From sequence record MW349128.1: a stretch of 64,000 nt of DNA. One strand, 5' to 3'. The position numbers and the translations under genes are program-made. Under the pieces are notes generated by a model. It was given only the letters and a program-made list of their open reading frames with translations, searched no databases and was not told where the DNA came from. Positions 43,641 through 53,963 of the stretch are shown here, in pieces. The first letter of the stretch is position 1. Every line of letters starts with the position of its first letter.

Positions 43641-44174
43641 ATGGCATGGATAATAGGTGCACTAGTATTTGTAATAATTATTTTAATTATATTAGTATTA
43701 TTACAAGCTAACGAAATTGGTAATATAAATGAAAAAACAAAATATTTGTATAATGAAGATCGAATATATCAAGATAAAAACATATTTGGAACTAATATAA
43801 ATGGAATCATGGAATTTTTAAATATGTCTTTTTTATTAATTTCAGAAAAAGATGGCGGCGAAAGATTATATGCAGGACATTATTTATTAAAAAATCCAGA
43901 TAAAAAATTCTTTGTAAAAGGTGAATTAGGTGTAACTTCAGAAGAATTATTATCTGATAAAGATAAAAGGGAATATTTATTCTCTAGATCAGTAAAAAGA
44001 CCTATGTTTTATGATCATTGGTTTAATTTCATTGAAAACAATGAAAAATTAAATATGAAGAAGACTAAGAAAATAAGTAAAGAATATAATGATATCATAA
44101 ATGGTATTCTTAATGTAGAACAGATAAAAGAATTTAATGATTATATGAATGGAAATTTATATAAAAATAAATAA
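43641..44174 (+). CDS. Membrane-anchored protein, short member of paralog family B (177 aa)
   Basis: N-terminal TM; ERLYAGHYLLKNPD and DHWFNFIENNEKLN resemble family B motifs. Confidence 0.55.
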   Translation: MAWIIGALVFVIIILIILVLLQANEIGNINEKTKYLYNEDRIYQDKNIFGTNINGIMEFLNMSFLLISEKDGGERLYAGHYLLKNPDKKFFVKGELGVTSEELLSDKDKREYLFSRSVKRPMFYDHWFNFIENNEKLNMKKTKKISKEYNDIINGILNVEQIKEFNDYMNGNLYKNK

Positions 44175-44288
44175 TGAAGATGGTGTAATTAAATGGAAAT
44201 ATTAGCAATTATAACATCAATATCTACGATTGTATTAGTTGTACTATTAACAATCTAAATAATTATTTAAATAGGAGATGAATAGGAT

Positions 44289-44561
44289 ATGGGTTTATTT
44301 AATATATTTAAAAATAAAACAAATAAAAGATTTGAATTAATTCAAAATAAATTTAAAGAAGAAAATATATCTGCAGTAATTAAAAAAGAAGGTAAATCAA
44401 TAGAAGTTGAATATCTTTTATTTGATGATCCTGAATGTAATATGAGACCATCTTATCATTCTGATGCAGATACTTTTCAAGTAGAAAATAAAATTAAAGC
44501 TATTATGGCATATTATGGATATATTGATAATGAATATATTATATATGCGGATGTAGTATAA
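44289..44561 (+). CDS. Hypothetical protein (90 aa)
   Basis: AGGAGATG...GGATATG leader. Confidence 0.6.
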   Translation: MGLFNIFKNKTNKRFELIQNKFKEENISAVIKKEGKSIEVEYLLFDDPECNMRPSYHSDADTFQVENKIKAIMAYYGYIDNEYIIYADVV

Positions 44562-44573
44562 TGAAAGGATGAT

Positions 44574-44915
44574 TTGTATATGTCAATTTTTATGTTTATA
44601 TTAATTGGTTTATTATTTATAACGTTTTTATGCGGTATTATTCTTATGATTAGAAATCCTATGTTTATTTGGAGAGATGTTGACTATGGAACTCATGGCT
44701 TTTGGTATAAGAGTTTTATGGGATTCAATGTCAAATCTTCTTTAGGAATAATGATTTCTTTAGCATCAATAGTTTTGTCATATTTAGTATGGTCTTTGTT
44801 TTTCAAAGATTCATTTATTGCTATAGTGTTATCTATAATGTTATTGATTATCTTAATAGCAAGTTCTAGATCATCAATATCTGAATATCATGAAGATAAA
44901 AGTAAAATATATTAA
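44574..44915 (+). CDS. Membrane protein (113 aa)
   Basis: Three hydrophobic helices. Confidence 0.55.
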   Translation: MYMSIFMFILIGLLFITFLCGIILMIRNPMFIWRDVDYGTHGFWYKSFMGFNVKSSLGIMISLASIVLSYLVWSLFFKDSFIAIVLSIMLLIILIASSRSSISEYHEDKSKIY

Positions 44916-45031
44916 TATAGAAGAAAGGAGTCAATAATTATGTTATTCATACTACCGTATACGTTAATTTCAATTCTAGTATTAGGATTAGTAAATTTAG
45001 CTTCATATAAAAAATAAAGGATGATATTATA

Positions 45032-45514
45032 ATGGATAATAAAGAAATATTAAAGAATATAAAAGAAATTGAATCCAAATATAAAATTATAAAAGAGATA
45101 CAAAAAGATATTGGTTACTTTCTGAATTATGAGTTGTTTATGCCTTTTGTAATAAAAAATTTAACTCTTGATATGAAATATTTTTCTTTTAACTATACTA
45201 TCGTTGATGATGATGGAAAAATGGTAATAACTTTTTTAGATAAACCTGCTATAGTATTTGATTTAGAGAAATCAGAGGTGTTTATTAATGATTTAAATTT
45301 TATCACTAAAAAATTAGAAGATGTAAAAACGAGAACGAATAATACATTAAAAGAAGAATCAGAAAGTGAACGTAGTAAACGTCTAGAAATGTATATTGAA
45401 GAGCTTGACATATTGCTAGATAAAACTGATTATAATTATTGTTACAATAAAATAGATAAGAAAGTTAATGAACTTAATAACAAATACGATATAAGTCTCA
45501 AATTACAAAATTAA
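45032..45514 (+). CDS. Hypothetical protein (160 aa)
   Basis: ORF track with RBS. Confidence 0.55.
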   Translation: MDNKEILKNIKEIESKYKIIKEIQKDIGYFLNYELFMPFVIKNLTLDMKYFSFNYTIVDDDGKMVITFLDKPAIVFDLEKSEVFINDLNFITKKLEDVKTRTNNTLKEESESERSKRLEMYIEELDILLDKTDYNYCYNKIDKKVNELNNKYDISLKLQN

Positions 45515-45593
45515 ATTAAAAACTCAACCTAACTCATTTTTATAAATGGGTTAGGTTATTTAATATTTTTTTTTAGAAAGGAGAAACCTTTTA

Positions 45594-45779
45594 ATGAGTT
45601 TATTCACAATAATCTTAAATGTTGTAATGCTTTTCATAATGTTATATATTTTGAAAACATTTTATGGAATAGAAACAGTTAGTAAAGAAAGAAAAAGAAT
45701 CAAAGCTTTATATGTTTTATTAAGTTTAGCTTTTATACAGTTATTATTTTTCTTAGTGATTTTCATATTAACTAATTAG
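45594..45779 (+). CDS. Small membrane protein (61 aa)
   Basis: GAAAGGAG RBS; two TM helices. Confidence 0.6.
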   Translation: MSLFTIILNVVMLFIMLYILKTFYGIETVSKERKRIKALYVLLSLAFIQLLFFLVIFILTN

Positions 45780-45888
45780 TAATATTAATATCATTTAGCT
45801 AGAAAAAACTTTTAATTCTTAAGAAAAATTTCTAGCTTTTTTATAAAAAATTTGATATAATAAATAACGTTATAGTATTAAATAATTT

Positions 45889-47208
45889 TTGGAGAGTGAA
45901 ATTTCAATGGCAAAATTAACAAGTAAAATTCATGATTTAATCAGATCAAACCCTAATGTATATGGTAAGGAAGATAATTATACACCTATGTATGAGTCAG
46001 GAATCAACTTATTAGATTATAGAAATGGTTTTTTAAATACTGTAACTGATGATGAACGTATTGGTTTAATGGGTGGTAAAGTTACAACATTTATTGGTGG
46101 ATCAGGTTCAGGTAAAACAACATTAGCAATTCAAGCTGCAGCTAAAATTGTTGAACCATTTGAAAATGCTAGTATCATTCATTATGACTTTGAGGATGCA
46201 ACTACTGATGAACGTATTTATCAATTAACTGGTTGGTCTAAACAAACGAAACAAGATAAATACACTAAATTAAATAAAAAGATTAGTTTAGATTCAGTGG
46301 ATCAATTAATTCGTGGTATTCGTGATACTAAATTAGAAAGTGAAGAAGAATTTACTATTCATACAGATAAGATTGATCCAGAAACTGGAGAAAAAGTTTC
46401 ATTCATGGCTCCAACAGTAGTTATTATTGACTCTGTTGCTACAATGGCATCTAAAGAAATTGATGATAAAGACGGTGAAGGTGGACAAATGAATGCAACT
46501 AAACAAGCTAAAGATAATACAACATTCATTAAACGTATTATTGGTTCATCTACATTAAACTCAGCTAATATTATGCTTATTTTAATTAACCATATTACGA
46601 CTAAAATTGATATTAATCCTTATGCAGCTACACCTAAAGAATTAAATTATCTTAAACAAGGTGAAGCATTACCAGGTGGTAAAGCAATCAACTATATGGC
46701 AAATAACATGTTTAAAATTAGTCCATCGCAAGCTTTAGATCCAGAAGGAAGTTCTAATCAAGCTAAATACGGAATTAAAGGTTTTATCAATACAGTTGAA
46801 GTAATTAAATCACGTTCAAATGCAGCTGGAGCTAAATTTAATTTGATCTTTGAACAAAAAGATGGATTTAATAATACTCTATCAAACTTATTATATTTAC
46901 AAGAGCAAAAATTATTAAAAGGTAATCCTCGTGCTTACCGTATTGATGGTTATGATGATGTAAGTTTTACACTTAAAACTTTCCAAGAGAAATATGAAGG
47001 GAACAAAGATTTCCAAGAGTACTTTGATAAATACATTAGAAATATCTATAAAGATAAATTCTTAGCTTCAATTGAACATGAATCAAGTTTAGATGAAGAA
47101 GAATTAGAGTTGGTAGAATGTATTAATCAAGAAGAAGATATTTGGTTAGGTTCAGATGGAAAATACTACGATTCAGAGAAAAATGAAGTTGAAGTAGAAA
47201 AAAGCTAA
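45889..47208 (+). CDS. recA: RecA/UvsX-like recombinase
   Basis: Walker A GGSGSGKTT, Walker B VVIIDS, LINHI, PGGKA and VIKSR; probable start ATG at 45907. Confidence 0.85.
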   Translation: MESEISMAKLTSKIHDLIRSNPNVYGKEDNYTPMYESGINLLDYRNGFLNTVTDDERIGLMGGKVTTFIGGSGSGKTTLAIQAAAKIVEPFENASIIHYDFEDATTDERIYQLTGWSKQTKQDKYTKLNKKISLDSVDQLIRGIRDTKLESEEEFTIHTDKIDPETGEKVSFMAPTVVIIDSVATMASKEIDDKDGEGGQMNATKQAKDNTTFIKRIIGSSTLNSANIMLILINHITTKIDINPYAATPKELNYLKQGEALPGGKAINYMANNMFKISPSQALDPEGSSNQAKYGIKGFINTVEVIKSRSNAAGAKFNLIFEQKDGFNNTLSNLLYLQEQKLLKGNPRAYRIDGYDDVSFTLKTFQEKYEGNKDFQEYFDKYIRNIYKDKFLASIEHESSLDEEELELVECINQEEDIWLGSDGKYYDSEKNEVEVEKS

Positions 47209-47226
47209 TTATATTTAAAATGGAAT

Positions 47227-47298
47227 ATCCAATGACATGAATAGTTGTCATTGGATCCATTCCATTGCATAAAATTATTATTAAATATATATTATAAA
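47227..47298 (+). promoter_or_regulatory. Family-1-like inverted repeat (47227-47256) followed by promoter motif (47283-47298)
   Basis: ATCCAATGACA / TGTCATTGGAT; AAATATATATTATAAA. Confidence 0.65.
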
Positions 47299-47299
47299 G

Positions 47300-50200
47300 A
47301 TGTGGAATACTATTTCATATTATCTTTTATATTACAGGGAGAGTGTTTATAGGATGACAAAGGAAAGAACACAAAGAATGCAAGAGATTGAAGATAAGAA
47401 AAGTCATGAATTTTTATCGGAACTACTATTAATGCCTAATGTTAATAGAACTAATGGTAATAGATCACAAATGTTCACTTCACATATAGGTCAATGTATT
47501 CAATTAACTGAAGCTGAACCTCCATTAATTCAAACTGGTTTTGAGAATCAAGTAGGTAAATATTCAACTGGTTATAAGAAAGCTGAAAGAGATTTTGAAG
47601 TTATTTTTATATTTGAAAAGAATAAATATGTAAAATACTATTTAGTGAAGTATAAAGATAATGATGAGTATGATGTTATTATTAGAGAAGAAGCTAATCA
47701 TTTAGCTGAAAAGTTCGGTAATAAATATCAAAATGAAAAAATTGATTCTTTAGAAATTGGTAGTACTGTTGATAAAAATGAAGTACTTTATAAAGATCAA
47801 AACTATGATGAAGAATCAAATAATTTCCAATATGGTACAAACGCTACTTCAGTATTTTTACCAGATAAAGGATTCACGAATGAGGATGGTATAGTCGTAT
47901 CAGAATCATTAGCTGAGAAAATGTCAAGTTATTTCGTTCATGTAGTTAATGTAACTATAAATACAAATGATATTCCTTTAAATATTTATGGAGATGAAGA
48001 ATATTATAAAGCATTTCCAGACGTTGGTGAAGAAATTAAAGATGGAATATTAACAGCTACTAGAAGATTAAACTATGATGAGTTAATTCATAAGTTCAAA
48101 AATGACATGTTATCTAAAGTTATTGAAAGTGATAACGCTTATAAATTACATGGTAAAGTTATTGATATTGATGTACTTAACAATGAATCAATTGAAAAAT
48201 TAGAGAATGAAAAGTACTCAGAACAATTCTTAAAATATATCAAAGATTTAGAACACTTCTATCGTACATTTGTAACTGTTACTGACGATATTGTACGTAA
48301 GAAGAAATTTAGTAATGATTTAATTAGAACTTATAATAGATTTAAGAGCTACATTGACCCTAATGCTAAACTTGTATATGATGGAAATCAATTTGATAAA
48401 ATCGTATTTAGAGTTAAAGTATTAGAGAAGAAACCTTTAGTGCATGGGAGCAAAATAAGCACAAGATACGGTATTTCATCTGCCGCATGAAGTTGCAAAA
48501 TTTCAATGAAAAATCTTTTAATTGCTGAGAAAATTAGAATTAATCAGCATCACTAAAAATAGTGTTCAACGACTAAATAAAGTTAATCTAATATAGATTA
48601 AGATATAGTCTGATCTTATAATGTAAAATTATAGTTAACATAGATGGGAAAAGGTGTAGTAGCTAAGATTGTTCCAGATAATGAAATGCCAATGATTACT
48701 GAATTTGATGGAGAAGATTTCACAAAAGATAATAAAACCCCTATTAAGAAAAGAGTAGACTTAATTCATAATAATATGGGTATTATTAATAGAGGAAATC
48801 CTTCAGCATTAGTAGAATTAGAATTAAATCATATTTCAAGCGTTATTAGACATCGTATTAGTAAGTTAGATGATGTTAATAAGCAAAAAGAATACTTATT
48901 AGAATATATCAAAGATGCAGATAAAGTATCTTATGATAATTATGTAAAATTATTTGATAGTTTAGATGGTGAAGAAACTAAAGAAGCTATTGAAGACTTT
49001 ATTAAAAATGGTATTGTACTTCATCAAGCTCCTTTCTTTGATAATATTGAATCTGAACAAATTAGATACTTATTCAATAAATATAATATTAAGAAAAACC
49101 GACTAGATGTTAGTAATAGAACATTTATGGTTGGAGATTTGTATCACCTGAAGTAAAGACAAATTATGTTTTAGCTTCCTTATATTGGTAACAATAAATG
49201 AAAAATCACTTTAATTGCTGAGAAGCTTTAAAAGTAATCAGCATGCTAATTAATTATATTAAAATCCTTTCTATTGGTCTGGAAAGGTGAAGAGATGCCA
49301 GTACAGAAATATTATACAAAAGAAGAATTTATGGAAGAAGCATCAAAAAGAAAAAGTGTTAAAGGTTATAAAATGCTAACTGATTATGAGAAATCTCATA
49401 ACAAAATAAAATTTTTACATGAAACGTGTGGAAATGAATTTTGGATGGTTGCAGGTAAATTTAAAAATAAAGGACAGAGATGTCCTAAATGTGCAAATAA
49501 AGATAAAATTATATCTAAAAGATTTACAGAAGAAACATTTAAAGAATATTTAAAAAATGAATTAAATGGAGAATATTCTTTAATGGATAATTTTAAAACT
49601 GTTAATGATATTAACACTTTTCTTCATAATAAATGTAAAAACACAATAAAGTTAAAACCTAGAGATATTAGATCAGGATATGGTTGCTCATACTGTTCTG
49701 GAAATAAAAAATTGAATATTGATATAGTAAAAGAAAAAGTGGAATTAATGAGTAAAAAAGAATATTCAGTATTATCTAATGAATACAAAAATGTCCATAA
49801 CAAATTAAAAATGATTCATCATGAATGTGGTTTTAAATTTGAGATGAATTATAATAATTTTAGAAACGGACAGAGATGTCCTCAATGTTATCCAGGTTCA
49901 GTATTTCCAAATAGATCTAAAGCTGTTGTAGAAATATATGATTTCCTTAAAGAAAATGGTTTTAATTTTAAAACCGAAGTCTCTTTAAAAGGATTAAAAT
50001 ATATAAATCCACTTAGATTAGATTTCTATATTGAAGAGTTAGATTTTTATTTAGAATATGATGGATCTCAACATTTCAAAGAATCAGGAATTAATGATAA
50101 TGATAGTTTGGAATTGAATCAATTAAGAGATAATATTAAAAATGAATACTGTAAAGAAAATAACTTAAAACTTTATAGAATAAACTATAAACAAGACCAT

Positions 50201-51354
50201 TTAAAAGAGATTGAAAATATAATTAAAGAGCTTCAACGACTAAATAAGTGAAAGTCTTGATTAATTTGATCAAGATTTAAGATATAGTCTGGGATCTATA
50301 TGAAATTAATATAGATTCGTAAAACATGAACCATCAGGTAAATTATTTGCCGTTCTTTATATAAATTAAAGAATTATTAAATTATTAATTGCTGAGAGTA
50401 TTAAAATAATCAGCATCACTTTAAATAGTGTTCAACGACTAAATATAGTTCTTCTATAATATAGAATGAAGATATAGTCTATACTTTATAAATTATATTA
50501 TAAAGATTAATAAAATAGAAACTCAGTGCAAAATCAATTGACTTTAATAATTACAGTGGTATTCCCACAAGAACACCGGATAAATTTTGTGTCCCATGTA
50601 TTAGAAATAATATGTATGTAAAGAATATTAATTGCTGAGAAGAGTATTAAATTAATCAGCATCCTCAAATAAGAGGTTCAACGACTAAATATATTCTACC
50701 TTAAATGGTAATGATATAGTCTAATCTATTTTTAAATAAATATAGTTAATATAAATGTCAAAATTTTACAGATCAAGAATAAACAACAATCCTCTCAGAG
50801 TCAAATAAAAGGCTCCGTTATATAGAAATGTATAAATGTAAAGAATATTAATTGCTGAGAGATTATTAAATTAATCAGCATCACTTTAATTAGTGTTCAA
50901 CGACTAAATATAGTCTACCTTAAATGGTAATGATATAGTCTAGCTAAATAATAATATTTAGAATAACTGCGGTGAGATGGAAACAACTAACATGATGATC
51001 GGTGGATCTATCAAAGCTATTAATGAATTAACTAATATGTACTCTAATAATGAAGACTTAAGAAAACGTTTATTAGTAGAGTTATATACAGGTAATCCGT
51101 TTAAATTAAATACTACATTTGAAAAGAGATATCAGAATAACAACACTAAAGTACTTAATGCTTACTTTAGTCCATTAAATGTTAGTATTGATTACAATAA
51201 AGCAGAAGAAGAAGATCTTTATTCAATTATGGATCTTTCTCCAGATCAATTAGAGTTCTTAATGGAAAAATTCGAAAATGTGGATGATATTAAAGATTTA
51301 TCATCTAAAGAAATAAATAATTTAGTTAAAGAAATTAAAGAAGATTCAAAATAA
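47300..51354 (+). CDS. RNA polymerase beta subunit C-terminal half (probably non-virion RNAP type), 6 exons: 47300(47354)-48472, 48647-49154, 50320-50339, 50519-50581, 50758-50801, 50970-51354
   Basis: RpoB-like motifs NRSQMFTSH, PLIQTGFE and NEDGIVVSE; splicing restores STRYG|GKGVV, LYHLK-L-KHEPSG|KLSAKS and NPLR-V-GEME. Confidence 0.88.
48473..48646 (+). ncRNA. Group I intron A (174 nt)
   Basis: P1 CGGU|..GCCG; core motifs present; terminal G at 48646. Confidence 0.87.
49155..50319 (+). mobile_element. Group I intron B (1165 nt) with internal endonuclease ORF
   Basis: P1 GAAGU|..GCUUC; P/Q motifs at ~49212-49243 and R/S motifs at ~50232-50290 flank the ORF; terminal G at 50319. Confidence 0.87.
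49295..50251 (+). CDS. Intron-encoded putative homing endonuclease (Zn-ribbon repeats + Vsr/DUF559-like PD-(D/E)xK domain)
   Basis: Repeated H..CG.EF...(F/R).. GQRCP.C modules; C-terminal LRLDFYIEELDFYLEYDGSQHF; ATG at 49295 after GAAAGGTG RBS. Confidence 0.7.
   Translation: MPVQKYYTKEEFMEEASKRKSVKGYKMLTDYEKSHNKIKFLHETCGNEFWMVAGKFKNKGQRCPKCANKDKIISKRFTEETFKEYLKNELNGEYSLMDNFKTVNDINTFLHNKCKNTIKLKPRDIRSGYGCSYCSGNKKLNIDIVKEKVELMSKKEYSVLSNEYKNVHNKLKMIHHECGFKFEMNYNNFRNGQRCPQCYPGSVFPNRSKAVVEIYDFLKENGFNFKTEVSLKGLKYINPLRLDFYIEELDFYLEYDGSQHFKESGINDNDSLELNQLRDNIKNEYCKENNLKLYRINYKQDHLKEIENIIKELQRLNK
50340..50518 (+). ncRNA. Group I intron C (179 nt)
   Basis: P1 GGU|..GCC; core motifs present; terminal G at 50518. 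Confidence 0.82.
50582..50757 (+). ncRNA. Group I intron D (176 nt)
   Basis: P1 GGAU|..GUCC; core motifs present; terminal G at 50757. Confidence 0.82.
50802..50969 (+). ncRNA. Group I intron E (168 nt)
   Basis: P1 GAGU|..GCUC; core motifs present; terminal G at 50969; restores RVGEME. Confidence 0.85.
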
Positions 51355-51362
51355 ATATAATT

Positions 51363-51394
51363 GGAGTAATGATGATTAATTTCATCATTACTCC
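51363..51394. repeat. Family-1 inverted repeat
   Basis: GGAGTAATGATGA / TCATCATTACTCC. Confidence 0.75.
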
Positions 51395-51408
51395 TTATTT
51401 AATAAAAA

Positions 51409-52017
51409 GTGGTGATTAAAATTAATAGAGATTTTAAAGAAACATATAAAAAATTAGCTGAAAGATTTGATATAGATACAGATAATGTTGTATTTCATAC
51501 AGATGCAAAAAGAGTAAATTATAACCTTCCATCTCAAAATAATCTTTTTTCTACTACTGAAGTTTGGAAAACACCTTCTGATGAATCTAAAGATATGGAG
51601 GAAAATAGTGATATGAATTTAAACAATTTAGAAATAGGAGATATATCTCTTTATAATAATAGTGGTAAAGAAAAATTGGATACACATACTATAAAAATAT
51701 CTATAGATTCTAAAATATATACAGAAGATGAAGTATATCCTTTATATTATTTCTTCTTAGATAATGTAGAAGAATTACCTATAATTAGTAAAAAGACATT
51801 CAAAGAAATTGCTAAAGCATTTTATAAAGAATATGAAGCATTTAGTTCAGGACAAAGATCTTTATATATTAATATTAAATCAGAATGGAAAGAATTAACG
51901 TACAAACAATTTATAAATTCTTTAGAGAAATTTTTATTAGATTCATTAAAAGAAGAAATAGTTGAATCATTAATTAAAGAAATGAATAAATATGCAGTAA
52001 AAGATAATTTTATTTAA
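51409..52017 (+). CDS. Hypothetical protein (202 aa)
   Basis: ORF track. Confidence 0.5.
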   Translation: MVIKINRDFKETYKKLAERFDIDTDNVVFHTDAKRVNYNLPSQNNLFSTTEVWKTPSDESKDMEENSDMNLNNLEIGDISLYNNSGKEKLDTHTIKISIDSKIYTEDEVYPLYYFFLDNVEELPIISKKTFKEIAKAFYKEYEAFSSGQRSLYINIKSEWKELTYKQFINSLEKFLLDSLKEEIVESLIKEMNKYAVKDNFI

Positions 52018-52048
52018 TAGTTAAATTATTATTTTTTATAAATAGGAG

Positions 52049-53947
52049 ATGAATATGATAATGGCAGTTCATAGAGACTTAATAAATGACATAATTGATA
52101 AATTGGAATATATTGATAATAATGGTATTAATGTAGATAATATATTTGAATTCTATAATGATAATATTAAAACTAAATTTAATGATTTCTTTTCTGATGT
52201 TATTGAAAATATAAATAAAATGTCTGTACAAGAAGCAAAAGGTCTAAAGGAACAATCTAATGTTCACTTACAGAATCCAAAGAAAGAAGATTATTTAAAT
52301 TCAATAAAATACCTAAGTGATCAAATAGATAAACAAAATTTAGACAGTACAACAAAAATTATGTATTCAGAAATGATTAGTAGTTTAGAAGCAATGTTAA
52401 ATAGATCTATATTTGATACTAGAGATAATATTAGTTTAATTGAAGAATACTTAAGTAAAAATAGTCTTTTTAATTTTTATTATAGTTTGTTAGTTCCATA
52501 TAGTTTATCAGAAGGAATCAATAAATGTAAAAATGGAAATATAAAGAAAATAGATAGAGATTTCTTTTTATTTAATTTAATCTTCTCATATCTACAATTA
52601 TCTTATATTTCTAAAAATAATTTAGACAAGATTTATATTAAAAATAAAAATGTGAATTTAAATGATTATTTTATGAATCTAATAATAGAATATATAGATT
52701 GTAAAATTAATAAAAATAGAAAAGACGAACTTAGTATTTTACTTAATGATTTAAAACCAGGAAAGCATATCAATAATTATTATAGTGAGTCAGTTGATTA
52801 TCGTAAAGGTATAGCTCCAGATATGTTTGAAATTATTGTAGATATGAACTTTGATAAATTTGAATATATATTAACTAAAGCATTTACTTTTATTAATGAT
52901 AATAGTAGTAAAAATGATATAAAGAAATATTCTGTAATGGATAACTTCTTACCTGAATGGTTATTCACATCAACCAAAGATGAAGGATATAAAAATTATG
53001 ATTCAAATTATAAAAATGAATTTGAGTTAAAAGATACTAAATTAAATATCCTTAAAAAATGCATAGGTGGTAATCATTATTATAATATCTTATTAGGTAA
53101 TTATATAAATGATTTATACGTGAATAAAACAAGTTTAACTGAAAATAGAAGAGTTAGTAAAGTTTGTAGCTTAGAATCACATATTTTATTAACTAATAAT
53201 ATCTGTTTAATTGAACACAAATATTTCTATGCATTAATAGATAAATATTTATATAATCCTTCTAAATTACAAAAATTTGAATTTGAAGCAATAAAATCAC
53301 TTTTCAAATTAATTTTTAGTAATACACCTAGTAAACTTAGAAGAAATATTAACTCTATTAAAGAAAATAAATTATTAACTAGAGATCATTCTGATTTTAA
53401 AATAGATGAATTAATAAAAGCTGGTATAGAATTGAATTCTAATTCGGTATTTGGTAATAAGAATATAAATAGAATAAATAGTATAGATGTAACGTCTAAT
53501 AGTATTATAGAGCCATTAATGTATAAAAATAGTTCTTATGCTGCAAGTAAAATTGAAGAAATTGATAAAATATTCAATAACTTTAAATATGATATTGACG
53601 TAAATGCTAGTAGATTTTATTATAAAGATTTAGATAGTTACTTTGAAGAAAAAATGAGTCTGGGTCTTTTAAAAGATTCTGGTATTAATATAAAATTTGA
53701 TTTAAAAATTAATTCTGTTGCTAAACGATTAGTAAAAAATATTTCTGATAAGATTTCAAATAATAAAAATACATATTATGAAACTAATCACTTCATAATA
53801 TCATATGACGGTATTGAATTAACTCATTTAACTCTACCAGAATTCTTTAGAGAATTATGTAGATATATAGGTAAATTCTTTCCAGATGAAGCTAGAGAAT
53901 TAGATAAAGCTTTTAGAAATGAAATTGTAAATATAATGTTTAGATAG
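52049..53947 (+). CDS. Hypothetical protein (632 aa)
   Basis: Long ORF; no motif recognised. Confidence 0.6.
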   Translation: MNMIMAVHRDLINDIIDKLEYIDNNGINVDNIFEFYNDNIKTKFNDFFSDVIENINKMSVQEAKGLKEQSNVHLQNPKKEDYLNSIKYLSDQIDKQNLDSTTKIMYSEMISSLEAMLNRSIFDTRDNISLIEEYLSKNSLFNFYYSLLVPYSLSEGINKCKNGNIKKIDRDFFLFNLIFSYLQLSYISKNNLDKIYIKNKNVNLNDYFMNLIIEYIDCKINKNRKDELSILLNDLKPGKHINNYYSESVDYRKGIAPDMFEIIVDMNFDKFEYILTKAFTFINDNSSKNDIKKYSVMDNFLPEWLFTSTKDEGYKNYDSNYKNEFELKDTKLNILKKCIGGNHYYNILLGNYINDLYVNKTSLTENRRVSKVCSLESHILLTNNICLIEHKYFYALIDKYLYNPSKLQKFEFEAIKSLFKLIFSNTPSKLRRNINSIKENKLLTRDHSDFKIDELIKAGIELNSNSVFGNKNINRINSIDVTSNSIIEPLMYKNSSYAASKIEEIDKIFNNFKYDIDVNASRFYYKDLDSYFEEKMSLGLLKDSGINIKFDLKINSVAKRLVKNISDKISNNKNTYYETNHFIISYDGIELTHLTLPEFFRELCRYIGKFFPDEARELDKAFRNEIVNIMFR

Positions 53948-53963
53948 AATAAGGAGGATTATT

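Noticed and set aside
17350-51354. gyrB and RNAP fragments as pseudogenes, frameshifts or stop-codon reassignment
   Set aside because: Every break coincides with a group I core, a U-G P1 and a terminal G, and removing it restores frame and motif; other long genes read normally in the standard code.
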